A stretch of 64,000 nt of DNA from Vulcanimicrobiota bacterium (GTDB taxonomy: Bacteria > Vulcanimicrobiota > Vulcanimicrobiia > Vulcanimicrobiales > Vulcanimicrobiaceae), in assembly GCA_963786105.1 (NCBI GenBank), contig CAWAXX010000014.1, forward strand, positions 224,001-288,000, read 5' to 3'. Both the position numbers and the translations under genes were made by a program. Numbering within the stretch: the stretch's first letter is position 1; each line of letters begins with the position of its first letter. Below are positions 29,882 to 39,434 of this stretch, piece after piece. The notes beneath the pieces were generated by a model. It saw only the letters and a program-made list of their open reading frames with translations. It made no database searches and was not told the origin of the DNA.

Positions 29882-29912
29882 AGGCTACGGTATGACGCAG
29901 CGTGAGGGTCAA
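29882..29912 (-). promoter_or_regulatory. MerR-type promoter with 19-bp spacer and dyad operator
   Basis: Minus strand TTGACC-ctcacgctgcgtcataccg(19)-TAGCCT; dyad TCACGC-T-GCGTCA within the spacer. Confidence 0.8.
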
Positions 29913-29975
29913 GGCCGCGCGCGCTTTCAGCAGCCTCTGAAGACTTTTTGAGGGCGCGGGCGGTACGCTCGAGCC

Positions 29976-30875
29976 ATGGAAAGCTTTTCCGCCGGCCTAC
30001 GGCGCGCGTTCGTCAGCGACGGAATGCTGCGCCCCATCTGGCGCGCGCTGCTGTATTTCGGAGCCGGCAGTTGGATACTGTTTCCGATATTCGATCGCCT
30101 GTGGGCCGGGATGGCGACGGTACTGCACCTCGGCACGGAACTGTCGGCGGCGACGACCGCGTTTTACGAGCTCGAGCTGCTGGCCGTTGCGGCGATCGTG
30201 ACGGGACTGCTCGCGCGCTACGAAGGGCGGCGTATCGACGACTACGGCCTGCCGGTCGCCAAGGCGTTCGGGCCGCTGTTTTGGGAGGGCTTGGCCCTCG
30301 GCCTGGTGTGGGCGGGCTTGGACGCGCTCGGCATGATCGGCTTGGGCGGCATGAAAATTGCCGGCCTCGCGTTGCACGGTGCGACCCTCGTTTTCGCGAC
30401 GCTGGGTTGGGCGGGCGCGAATCTCATCGTCGGCATCTCCGAAGAGTTGTGGTACCGAGCCTATTTCTTGCAGACGCTCTGGAAGAGTCTGGGCTTCTGG
30501 CCGGCGGCTATCGCGATCTCGTTGATCTTTACATCGGACCATTACTTTTTCAAAACCGGCGAAAACCTTTACGACGTCGTGAGCTTGATGGGCTTTGGCG
30601 TCTTTGCGTGCTATACGGTTCTACGAACCGGCTCGCTATGGTTTGCGGTCGGGGCGCACGCGGCGTTTGACTTCATGCAGCTCTTTGTAATCGGAACGCC
30701 GAACGGAAGCTTGATTCCCGTCAATCACCTACTCAACGTTTCCTTTTCGGGTCCCGCGTGGCTCACCGGCGGCCAACTGGGGACGGAAGCGAGCGTGCTG
30801 CAATATCCGACGACGCTGCTGGTGTTTTTGTACGTATGGCGGCGCTTTCGGAGCCCGGAAGAAGCTCGCGTTTGA
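29976..30875 (+). CDS. CPBP family intramembrane metalloprotease (CAAX/Abi)
   Basis: SEELWYRAY (EExxxR), FTSDH, HAAFD; multiple TM segments. Confidence 0.88.
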   Translation: MESFSAGLRRAFVSDGMLRPIWRALLYFGAGSWILFPIFDRLWAGMATVLHLGTELSAATTAFYELELLAVAAIVTGLLARYEGRRIDDYGLPVAKAFGPLFWEGLALGLVWAGLDALGMIGLGGMKIAGLALHGATLVFATLGWAGANLIVGISEELWYRAYFLQTLWKSLGFWPAAIAISLIFTSDHYFFKTGENLYDVVSLMGFGVFACYTVLRTGSLWFAVGAHAAFDFMQLFVIGTPNGSLIPVNHLLNVSFSGPAWLTGGQLGTEASVLQYPTTLLVFLYVWRRFRSPEEARV

Positions 30876-30893
30876 GCTGTCGCGAGCGGCTCC

Positions 30894-33380
30894 TCAGCCG
30901 ACGACCAAATTCAACAGCTTGTCGGGGACGAATATCCGTTTGCGCAGTTGCTTGCCGTCCAACTGCCCGCGCACGTTTGCCTCGTTCATCGCGAGGTCGA
31001 AAGCTTGCTCTTCGGTCAATCCCGGCCGTACCGCGATGCGGGCGCGAATCTTGCCGTTTACCTGCACGACGAGCGTCAGCTCGTCGACGGCCAGCGCGCG
31101 TTCGTCCGGTTCCAAATATCGCTCCAGATGCACGGACGTCACGTGACCGAAGCGCTCCCACAGCTCGTCGGCGATGTGCGGCGCGAACGGCGCGATTAAC
31201 AACGGTAAGACCGCGGCCGCGTAGCGGGTCGCCGGCGATTCCGGAATCTGCTGCACCGCCTGCGTGAGGGCGTTGACCAACTCGTCGAGCTTGGCGATGG
31301 TAGCGTTATAGTGAAAGCGTCGCGAGATCGTTTCTTCGATCGCCGATTTGGCCGCGATCGCAACGGCTCGCACGAGCCCTTTTTCCTGTGCGCTTTCGAC
31401 GGGGGGTACGTTGCGGATCGAAACGCTGCAGGCGCTTTCGAAGAACGGTTCGCATGCCCGCCACACGCGCTTGAGGAATCGCACCCGGCCGCTGATGCCT
31501 TCGTCGGTCCAGTCGCTGGTGTCCTCGGGCGGCGTGACGTAGAGAAGAAAAAGACGCATGGCGTCGACGCCTCGCGTTTCGGCGGTTTCGTCGATGCCCA
31601 CAACGTTACCGTGCGACTTCGACATCTTCTGGCCGCGTAAGAGCACCATCCCTTGGTGAAAGAGCCGCTCGAACGGCTCGTCGCGTCCGGTTACCCACCC
31701 GCGATCGTGAAAAAACTTGTAGAAGAAGCGCGAGTACAGCAGATGCAGCACCGCATGCTCGGCGCCGCCGACGTATTGGTCGACGTTCATCCAGGCAGCG
31801 ACGTCGGCGGGTTCCCACGGTGCGCGGTCGTCATGAGGGTCGATGTAGCGCAAGTAATACCACGAGGATTCGAAAAAGGTATCCATCGTGTCGCTCTCGC
31901 GACGCGCGGGAGCGCCGCATTTCGGGCAAGCGGTCTCGACGAAGGATGAAATCTGCGCGAGCGGCGATCCCTCGCCGGAGAACGTCACGCCGAGTGGCAG
32001 CACCACCGGCAACTGATCGTCGGGAACCGGGACCTCGCCGCAGGTCGCGCAATACACGATCGGAATCGGCGTGCCCCAGTAGCGCTGTCGAGAAACGAGC
32101 CAATCGCGCAAGCGCGTCGTTACCGTTCTTTTTCCGACGCCGAGCGCGGCTAACCGACCGGCGATGGCTTCGCGCGCGCCGGCGCTCGACATGCCGCTGA
32201 AATCGCCGCTCGCAATGAGGCGTCCGTCTTCGACGTACGGATCGTCGAGCGAGACGTCCGCTTCGCGCTGAGGATCGACGACGACGCGCACGATCGGCAG
32301 CCCATTTTTCACTGCGAAGTCGAAGTCGCGCTCGTCGTGCGCAGGCACGCCCATCAGCGCTCCGGTGCCGTATTCCGCCAGCACGTAGTTGGTAACCCAA
32401 ATCGGAACGCGCTCGCCGGAAAGCGGATTGATCGCGTAGGCACCGGTGAAGAGCCCGAGCTTCTCCATCAGGCTGGTTCGCTCGAGTTCGGACTTCGAGC
32501 GAAGGCTGTCCGCAAACGCCGCAACGGCGGCGGCATCGTCTTTCGACACGATTGCTCCGATCCGTTTCACGAGCGGATGCTCCGCGGCAATCGCCAAAAA
32601 CGTCGCACCGTAAACGGTATCGACGCGCGTCGTAAACACGTCGACCGCCGCGTCCAGCTCCTCGATGCGGAATTCGAGCTGGACGCCTTCGCTTCGGCCG
32701 ATCCAGTTGCGCTGCATCGCCAACGTGCGCTCGGGCCAACCGTCGAGTTTGTCGAGGTCGTCGAGTAGACGCTCCGCATAGGCGGTAATCCTCAGAAACC
32801 ACTGCGAGAGATTGCGGCGTTCCACCAAATGCTGACAGCGCCAGCAGCGTCCGTCGATCACCTGCTCGTTTGCGAGCACCGTCTTATCGTGCGGGCACCA
32901 ATTTACCGGCGCTTCGCGCTTGTAGGCCAGGCCGTGCTCGTATAAACGTAAGAACAGCCACTGATTCCATCGATAGTATTCGGGTTGGCACGTGGCGATT
33001 TCACGCGTCCAATCGTAGCTCGTGCCCATGAGACGCACTTGCCGCTTCATGTTCGAGATGTTCTCGGCCGTCCAGATTGCCGGGTCGATGCCGCGTGCGA
33101 TCGCCGCGTTTTCGGCGGGAAGCCCGAACGCGTCCCATCCCATCGGATGGAGTACGTTGTGTCCCAGCATACGCATCATGCGCGCGATCGCGTCGCCGAG
33201 CGCGTAGTTCTTGGCGTGTCCGACGTGGAGGTCGCCCGAAGGATACGGAAGCATCTCGCACACGTAATATTTCGGGCGCGCGCCGTCGAGCACCGCGCGA
33301 AAAATACCGTCGCGTTCCCAGCGATCTTGCCATTTGCGTTCGATAGATCTGAAATCGTAGGCCTCGGCCATAGCCTGCAT
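30894..33380 (-). CDS. leuS: Leucine--tRNA ligase
   Basis: [42 protein letters not shown]. Confidence 0.97.
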   Translation of the reverse strand: MQAMAEAYDFRSIERKWQDRWERDGIFRAVLDGARPKYYVCEMLPYPSGDLHVGHAKNYALGDAIARMMRMLGHNVLHPMGWDAFGLPAENAAIARGIDPAIWTAENISNMKRQVRLMGTSYDWTREIATCQPEYYRWNQWLFLRLYEHGLAYKREAPVNWCPHDKTVLANEQVIDGRCWRCQHLVERRNLSQWFLRITAYAERLLDDLDKLDGWPERTLAMQRNWIGRSEGVQLEFRIEELDAAVDVFTTRVDTVYGATFLAIAAEHPLVKRIGAIVSKDDAAAVAAFADSLRSKSELERTSLMEKLGLFTGAYAINPLSGERVPIWVTNYVLAEYGTGALMGVPAHDERDFDFAVKNGLPIVRVVVDPQREADVSLDDPYVEDGRLIASGDFSGMSSAGAREAIAGRLAALGVGKRTVTTRLRDWLVSRQRYWGTPIPIVYCATCGEVPVPDDQLPVVLPLGVTFSGEGSPLAQISSFVETACPKCGAPARRESDTMDTFFESSWYYLRYIDPHDDRAPWEPADVAAWMNVDQYVGGAEHAVLHLLYSRFFYKFFHDRGWVTGRDEPFERLFHQGMVLLRGQKMSKSHGNVVGIDETAETRGVDAMRLFLLYVTPPEDTSDWTDEGISGRVRFLKRVWRACEPFFESACSVSIRNVPPVESAQEKGLVRAVAIAAKSAIEETISRRFHYNATIAKLDELVNALTQAVQQIPESPATRYAAAVLPLLIAPFAPHIADELWERFGHVTSVHLERYLEPDERALAVDELTLVVQVNGKIRARIAVRPGLTEEQAFDLAMNEANVRGQLDGKQLRKRIFVPDKLLNLVVG

Positions 33381-33442
33381 GGTACACGCTCCGCTTCGTC
33401 GACGCTACCTTTCCGGTCGGAACGCGCGCGTGATGGAGGCGT

Positions 33443-34093
33443 ATGACCGCACGCATCGGGCTTCTCTTGGGCGCGCTCGTCTTGGCGGGCGTTGCGCTTT
33501 GGCATCCGGCGCCTCGACCCGCGTTCCAAGCGAACGCGCTTGCGACGTTTCCCGCGAGGACGGCAGACGTCGCGCAGCGACGGCAGGATCGCAACGAACG
33601 GGCGCGTGCCGGCACGGCCGATTCGGTCGTTTACGTGGCTGGAGCGGTACACCACCCCGGGCTCTATCACATTCGATCCGGCGATCGGGCAGCCGATGCG
33701 GTCGCCCAGGCGGGGGGTCTTACCGTCGATGCCGACGCCGGCGGCGTCAATCTGGCGGCGCATGCCTCCGACGGCGATGAAGTGTACGTTCCAGTCGCCG
33801 GCGAGGGTGCAACGCATCGTAGCTCCGCGTTCGGCGTAGGCCGCCGCACGCGGTCGCATCGCCGAGGTGGAGAACGGGCGAAAGCGCCGCCTGCTCCAGC
33901 AAGCGTCGACGTCAACCTCGCCGACGCGACCGTTTTAGCGACCGTGCCGGGAATAGGAAAATCGATCGGCGCGCGCATCGTCGAGATGCGTTCGCTCGAC
34001 GGATCTTTTCGTTCGCTCGACGAGCTGCTCGACGTGGGCGGAATGACGCAAACGCGATTGGAACGCGCGAGACCGTTCCTTCGTCCACCTTAG
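33443..34093 (+). CDS. comEA: ComEA family DNA-binding competence protein (SLBB plus HhH)
   Basis: N-terminal TM, VYVAGAVHHPGLY, VNLAA..DG, VDVNLAD..LATVPGIG. Confidence 0.88.
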   Translation: MTARIGLLLGALVLAGVALWHPAPRPAFQANALATFPARTADVAQRRQDRNERARAGTADSVVYVAGAVHHPGLYHIRSGDRAADAVAQAGGLTVDADAGGVNLAAHASDGDEVYVPVAGEGATHRSSAFGVGRRTRSHRRGGERAKAPPAPASVDVNLADATVLATVPGIGKSIGARIVEMRSLDGSFRSLDELLDVGGMTQTRLERARPFLRPP

Positions 34094-34148
34094 ATCGCGC
34101 GGTAACGACACCGGAGGGGCCGTCGGGGGTCAGGCGAAGGCTCCCTGA

Positions 34149-35945
34149 ATGGAGCTTCCCGCGAAAGAAACGCTCCCGCAACTGATTCGCCGCGCGCTCG
34201 CGCCGCCGCGCGACTGGGCGGTTAGCGAGCGCGTCAACGGCGTTTGGACCGCGATCTCGAGTGCGAGGCTCCTCGAACGCGTCGAGCACGCCGCATGCGC
34301 CATTCGCGATGCCGGTCTGGCGCCCGGCGATCGAATTGCGTTGGTGGCTCACGACTGCGTCGATTGGATCGTCAGCGACTTTGCAGCGCTCTTTGCGGGC
34401 TGCGTCGTCGTTCCGATCTACCCGACCCAAGCGCTCGATCACACGGTTTACATCTTAGAGCATTCGGGTTCGAAGCTGATCTTCGCAGACTCGAGCGCGA
34501 CGCTCGCGCGCGTGCGCGAGAGCGGCGCCAACGTTCCGCGGGCGGTGGTCTTCGATTCTCGCGGCGACGACGGCATGGCGTCGTTCGAGGCTCGTGGCGC
34601 GGCGGTGCGCGCGGCCCGGCCCGAGGTTCCCGCCGCCTACGAAGCGACGCTGCACCCCGATGATCTGGCCGTGCTGATCTATACCTCCGGCACGACCGGC
34701 AGTCCCAAAGGCGTGATGCTCTCTCACGACAACGTCGCATTCGATGCGCAGTCGGCGCTGAAGTGCGGACTCGACGGTCTAGCCGAAGGCAACGCCGTGC
34801 TCTCGGTCCTGCCGTACTCGCACATTTACGAGCACACGATGGTCTACATTTACTTGCTGGCGCGGGTTCGCTATTCCATCTGTCACGACGCGGGCGAGCT
34901 GTTGGCAGATATGCGCGACGTGCGTCCTATGGTTATGACCTCGGTGCCGCGCATTTTCGATCGGGTACTCGCCGGCGTCAAAGGGCAGGCCATGAAAGCC
35001 GGAGGCCTGCAAGCCAAACTCGTGCCGTGGGCGCTTGGAGCCGGGCGCAGATACATGCGCGCAAAGACGTTTGGAGGGCGCCCGTCGCGGGCGCTTGCCG
35101 CCCAGTACGCGATTGCGAATAAGGTCGTCCTGCGCAAGGTGCGCGAGCGGCTCGGTCTCGACCGCGTGCGGTTCTTCGTCAGCGGTAGTGCGGCGCTGCA
35201 CGTCGATACGGCGATGACGTTCCTTGGAATGGGCGTTCCGATCATGCAAGGGTACGGGCTCACCGAAACGTCGCCGGTTATTACCGCGAGCCGGCTATCG
35301 GCAAACGAATACGGCGCTGCCGGAAGCCCGATTTCCGGTGTCGAGGTCACAATCGCGCCCGACGGCGAGATCCTCACGCGCGGACGCCACGTGATGCGCG
35401 GCTACTATCGCGACCCCGAGGCTACGGCGGCGGCAGTCGTGGACGGCTGGTTTCACACCGGAGATATCGGCGAAATCGATGCCGCCGGCTTCTTGCGAAT
35501 CACCGACCGAAAGCGCGAAGTTTTCAAAACCGATACCGGAAAGTGGATTTCGCCGGCGCGAGTGGAAGGGGCGATAAAACGCTCCGCCTTCGTGTCGCAA
35601 GCAATGGTCGTCGGCAGCGGACGGCCCCATCCAGCCGCCCTCATTTGTCCGAACTGGGATCTCGTGCGCATAGAACTCGCGTTGCCGGCCGACGCACCTT
35701 CGGAGGACTTGGCGCGACGCGACGCCGTGAAAGCGTTCTTGACGGAGCTCGTCGTCAAGCAGACGAAGGAACTCGCGAGCTTCGAGCAAGTTCGCCGCGT
35801 CATCGTCATCCCGCACGAGTTTAGCGTCGAAAGCGGCGAGCTTTCGCCGTCGATGAAGATCAAGCGGCGCGTCGTGGAGGAGCGCTACGCGCGCGAGATC
35901 GACGCTGCGTACGACGTCGACCTTCACGCCCCCGTACCTGCCTGA
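34149..35945 (+). CDS. Long-chain fatty acid--CoA ligase (AMP-binding)
   Basis: IYTSGTTGSPKG, QGYGLTET, WFHTGDIG, ITDRK, GELSPSMKIKR. Confidence 0.92.
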   Translation: MELPAKETLPQLIRRALAPPRDWAVSERVNGVWTAISSARLLERVEHAACAIRDAGLAPGDRIALVAHDCVDWIVSDFAALFAGCVVVPIYPTQALDHTVYILEHSGSKLIFADSSATLARVRESGANVPRAVVFDSRGDDGMASFEARGAAVRAARPEVPAAYEATLHPDDLAVLIYTSGTTGSPKGVMLSHDNVAFDAQSALKCGLDGLAEGNAVLSVLPYSHIYEHTMVYIYLLARVRYSICHDAGELLADMRDVRPMVMTSVPRIFDRVLAGVKGQAMKAGGLQAKLVPWALGAGRRYMRAKTFGGRPSRALAAQYAIANKVVLRKVRERLGLDRVRFFVSGSAALHVDTAMTFLGMGVPIMQGYGLTETSPVITASRLSANEYGAAGSPISGVEVTIAPDGEILTRGRHVMRGYYRDPEATAAAVVDGWFHTGDIGEIDAAGFLRITDRKREVFKTDTGKWISPARVEGAIKRSAFVSQAMVVGSGRPHPAALICPNWDLVRIELALPADAPSEDLARRDAVKAFLTELVVKQTKELASFEQVRRVIVIPHEFSVESGELSPSMKIKRRVVEERYAREIDAAYDVDLHAPVPA

Positions 35946-35948
35946 TCG

Positions 35949-36251
35949 GTGCCGTTTCTGGCCATCGTCCATTTGCAGCCGGCAACGTGCTCCCGGTGCG
36001 GCGCGCCGGTGGCCGCTCCGGGGGCGCGATCGTTCGTGGTGGACGCGCAGGGATCGCCGGTTTGGTTCGACCCCAGCGATCCACCGGCCGAGATGACGGT
36101 TGAGGTTGCATGCCCCAACGGCCACGCGGTGACGCTGCTGATTCCCAACGAGATCTCCGCCGAAGAGACGCTGATGATTCCCGACCGGGCGCCGATTGCG
36201 GCCGACGCCGTCGTGCGATCCGGCACGACGGAATCGGATAAGCAGCTTTGA
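35949..36251 (+). CDS. Hypothetical protein with CxxC and CxxxH, possibly zinc-binding
   Basis: CSRC...CPNGH; starts 3 nt after the acyl-CoA ligase stop. Confidence 0.65.
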   Translation: MPFLAIVHLQPATCSRCGAPVAAPGARSFVVDAQGSPVWFDPSDPPAEMTVEVACPNGHAVTLLIPNEISAEETLMIPDRAPIAADAVVRSGTTESDKQL

Positions 36252-36342
36252 CGAAAATTTGATAGCCGCTTCGCGAGACGCGGTGGAGGGACGCGCCCGA
36301 CGACCGATAATGTTTGGGGCGCGTCACGCGGTGGAGGTTTCC

Positions 36343-37875
36343 TTGAGCTTGCGTCTTCTATTGTCGCGCGCGCCGGTTGCGGTCGGCCTCGCGCTGCTCG
36401 TCGGCCTTCCGCGGCCGGCCCCCGCGGCAACCCCGCCGCCGATACCGCCACTCACCCCCGATGCCGTCACCCGTCATTCCGTCGTGCTGGGCGGCCGCAG
36501 CTTTGGCTACTCGGCTCGCGCCGGAACGATCACGTTGCGCAACGGCGACGATCAACCCACCGCGCGGATATTCTACACCGCCTACACGCTGGACGGTTCC
36601 GACCCGGCGCATCGAGCGGTGACCTTTCTGTATAACGGCGGCCCCGGCAGTTCCACCATTTGGCTGCGGATGGGATCGTTCGGGCCGGTGAGGGTCGGCG
36701 CCGGCGATGCGAGATCCACTCCCGGACCGCCCTATCGGCTCCTCGACAACGGTTACAGCTTGCTCGACAAGAGCGACCTCGTCTTCATCGACATGCCCGG
36801 GAGCGGCTACGGGCGCATCATCGGTGCGGGGAAACCCAAGGACTTCTGGGGCGTCGACCAAGACGCCGACGCGTTCGCGCAGTTTATCCAGCGCTATTTG
36901 ACGAATTTCAATCGCTGGAACTCACCGAAGTTTCTTTTCGGCGAGTCGTACGGCACGACGCGCTCGGCGGTACTCTCGGGCGTTCTCGCCACGCGCGGCA
37001 TCGCCCTCAACGGGATCGTGTTGCTGTCGTCGTTTCTCAACCCCGCGCTGGACTACAACGACGGTGCGCCGATCGGCGGCGGCGATTGGGCGTACGTGCT
37101 CTATTTGCCGACCGAAACGGCGACGGCTTGGTATCATCACGCCATCCCCGGCGCACCGGGGCTGCCGGGATTGTTGGCACAGACCGAACGATTCGCACTC
37201 GGAGAGTATCTCGACGGACTGGCCGCAGGTTCGCAACTCGCGCCCGATCGCTTCAACGACATCGTGGCGAAGCTGCACCGCTACACGGGTCTGTCGGAGC
37301 GCTACATCCGCAACTCCAACTTGCGCATTTCCTACGACCACTTTCAAAACGAACTGGCCCGTCAGCGCGGGATCACCGTCGGACGGCTCGATGGCCGCTA
37401 CCAGACCTACGTCCTCGATAGGCCCGAAGTCTCGCCCGATTGGGACGCTACCGACTCGGCGATCGATGCGGCCTTCGTTGCGACCGGTAACCAGTACATG
37501 CGCCAGGTCTTGAAGTACGATACGCCGCTGCTGTATCGTTCGCAAATCTACGATCTCATCTATGCCGGCGACAATAGCTGGGACTTCAAGCATGGCAACG
37601 ACCCGCAAACCTTCAACGTCGCTCCCGATCTGGCGCAGACGATGACCTACAATCCGCGTTTAAAGATTTTTTCGGCGAACGGTTACTTCGACTTTGCCAC
37701 TCCGTTTTTCGCGACGCAATACGTTTTGAGTCACCTCTATATTGCGCCGGCGCTGCAGAAGAATATCACGTATGGATTCTACGAATCGGGACACATGGTG
37801 TATCTGCACCCGGATGCCCTTGCGAAGTTCCACGCGGATTTGGAACGCTGGTACGCCACGGTGTTGGGACAATAA
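36343..37875 (+). CDS. Secreted S10 family serine carboxypeptidase, copy 1
   Basis: YNGGPGSS, GESYG, YESGHMVY; GGAGG RBS before TTG 36343. Confidence 0.9.
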   Translation: MSLRLLLSRAPVAVGLALLVGLPRPAPAATPPPIPPLTPDAVTRHSVVLGGRSFGYSARAGTITLRNGDDQPTARIFYTAYTLDGSDPAHRAVTFLYNGGPGSSTIWLRMGSFGPVRVGAGDARSTPGPPYRLLDNGYSLLDKSDLVFIDMPGSGYGRIIGAGKPKDFWGVDQDADAFAQFIQRYLTNFNRWNSPKFLFGESYGTTRSAVLSGVLATRGIALNGIVLLSSFLNPALDYNDGAPIGGGDWAYVLYLPTETATAWYHHAIPGAPGLPGLLAQTERFALGEYLDGLAAGSQLAPDRFNDIVAKLHRYTGLSERYIRNSNLRISYDHFQNELARQRGITVGRLDGRYQTYVLDRPEVSPDWDATDSAIDAAFVATGNQYMRQVLKYDTPLLYRSQIYDLIYAGDNSWDFKHGNDPQTFNVAPDLAQTMTYNPRLKIFSANGYFDFATPFFATQYVLSHLYIAPALQKNITYGFYESGHMVYLHPDALAKFHADLERWYATVLGQ

Positions 37876-39434
37876 TGCAGGAAAAGAAACACGTGAAAAC
37901 GATCCGACGTTCGCTTGTGATTTTGGCCGCCGCCTCTGCGTTTGCGGCTGCCGGCACGCACGCGCTGCCCGCTGCCCCGGCCCATCCCGCCGCCTCACCT
38001 CCGCCGGCCCCCGCGGCTGCCGACGCCGTGTCCCAACAATCGCTCGCCCTGAACGGCCGCACGTATCCGTACACCGCACGCGCGGGAACGATCGTTCTCG
38101 AAAATCAGCAGGGCCAGCCGGACTGCCGGATGTTCTTTACGGCGTTCACCCTCGACGGCGTCGATTCGCGAACGCGGCCGGTCACCTTCCTCTATAACGG
38201 CGGCCCGGGCAGTTCGACGGTTTGGCTGCGCATGGGTTCGTTTGGGCCGACGCGCGTCGCGGCCGGAGACGCTGCCGCGAGCGTCAACGCCCCATTTCAT
38301 CTTGTCGAGAACCAGTACAGTTTGCTCGATGCGACCGACCTCGTGTTCGTCGATGCGCCGGGAACCGGATTCAGCCGCATCGTCGACCCGGGGAAACCGG
38401 ATCAGTTCTACGGCGTCGATCAGGACATGCGCGCGTTCACCCAATTCGTTTCGCGCTACGTCAGCACGTACGGCCGCTGGAATTCGCCGAAGTTTCTCTT
38501 TGGCGAATCGTACGGGACGCCCCGTACGGCCGCGCTGGTCGACAACTTACAGAAGCAGGGCGTAGGCATAAACGGCGTGGTGCTGTTATCGTCGATTCTC
38601 GACTTCAACCTGGACTGGGACGTCAACTTCACGCCGGTCGCCATCGGCGGCAGCGATTGGGCGTTCCCGCTGTATCTGCCGACCGAAGCCGCCTCGTCGT
38701 GGTATCATAACGTGCTTCCCGGTCCGCAGACGACGCTGCAGAACTTATTGCCGCAGGTCGAGCAGTTCGCCATGGGCGAGTATCTCAACGCCCTAGCGCA
38801 AGGCGCCAATCTCCCGCCTTCCACCTACGACGACGTCGTAGCAAAGTTACACCAGTATACTGGGCTTTCGGCACAGTACATTCGTCTTTCGAATCTCCGC
38901 ATTCCATACTGGCGCTACATGACCGAGCTGATGCGCGATAGCGGGCAGACGATCGGCAGACTTGACGCGCGCTACACTTCGTACGCGCTCGATCGCATTG
39001 CGGATCGTCCGCAGTTCGACCCGACGGACTCCGCAATCGATGCGGCGTACGTCGGTGCGGGAAACTACTACGTACGGCAGTTGCTGCACTACAATACGAC
39101 GTTGGAGTATCTTCCGCTGGTGGTTTCGGTGAATCGTCAGTGGGATTGGAAGCACAACGGGAATCTGCCGACCAATACCGCGCAGGATCTCGCCGAGGCG
39201 ATGACCTTCAATCCTGGGCTGCGCGTGTTCTCGGCAAGCGGGTACTACGACATGGCGACCCCGTTTTACGCGACCGTATACACCCTCAATCATCTCAACC
39301 TCGCGCCGCCGCTGCGAAACAACATTACGTACGGCTACTACGAGTCCGGCCACATGGTGTACTTGCACCCCGAAGCGCTCGCCCAGTTCCACAACGATCT
39401 GGAGCGCTGGTACGCCGAAGTCTTACGGCGCTAA
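37875..39434 (+). CDS. Secreted S10 family serine carboxypeptidase, copy 2
   Basis: YNGGPGSS, GESYG, YESGHMVY; TAATG coupling to copy 1. Confidence 0.9.
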   Translation: MQEKKHVKTIRRSLVILAAASAFAAAGTHALPAAPAHPAASPPPAPAAADAVSQQSLALNGRTYPYTARAGTIVLENQQGQPDCRMFFTAFTLDGVDSRTRPVTFLYNGGPGSSTVWLRMGSFGPTRVAAGDAAASVNAPFHLVENQYSLLDATDLVFVDAPGTGFSRIVDPGKPDQFYGVDQDMRAFTQFVSRYVSTYGRWNSPKFLFGESYGTPRTAALVDNLQKQGVGINGVVLLSSILDFNLDWDVNFTPVAIGGSDWAFPLYLPTEAASSWYHNVLPGPQTTLQNLLPQVEQFAMGEYLNALAQGANLPPSTYDDVVAKLHQYTGLSAQYIRLSNLRIPYWRYMTELMRDSGQTIGRLDARYTSYALDRIADRPQFDPTDSAIDAAYVGAGNYYVRQLLHYNTTLEYLPLVVSVNRQWDWKHNGNLPTNTAQDLAEAMTFNPGLRVFSASGYYDMATPFYATVYTLNHLNLAPPLRNNITYGYYESGHMVYLHPEALAQFHNDLERWYAEVLRR

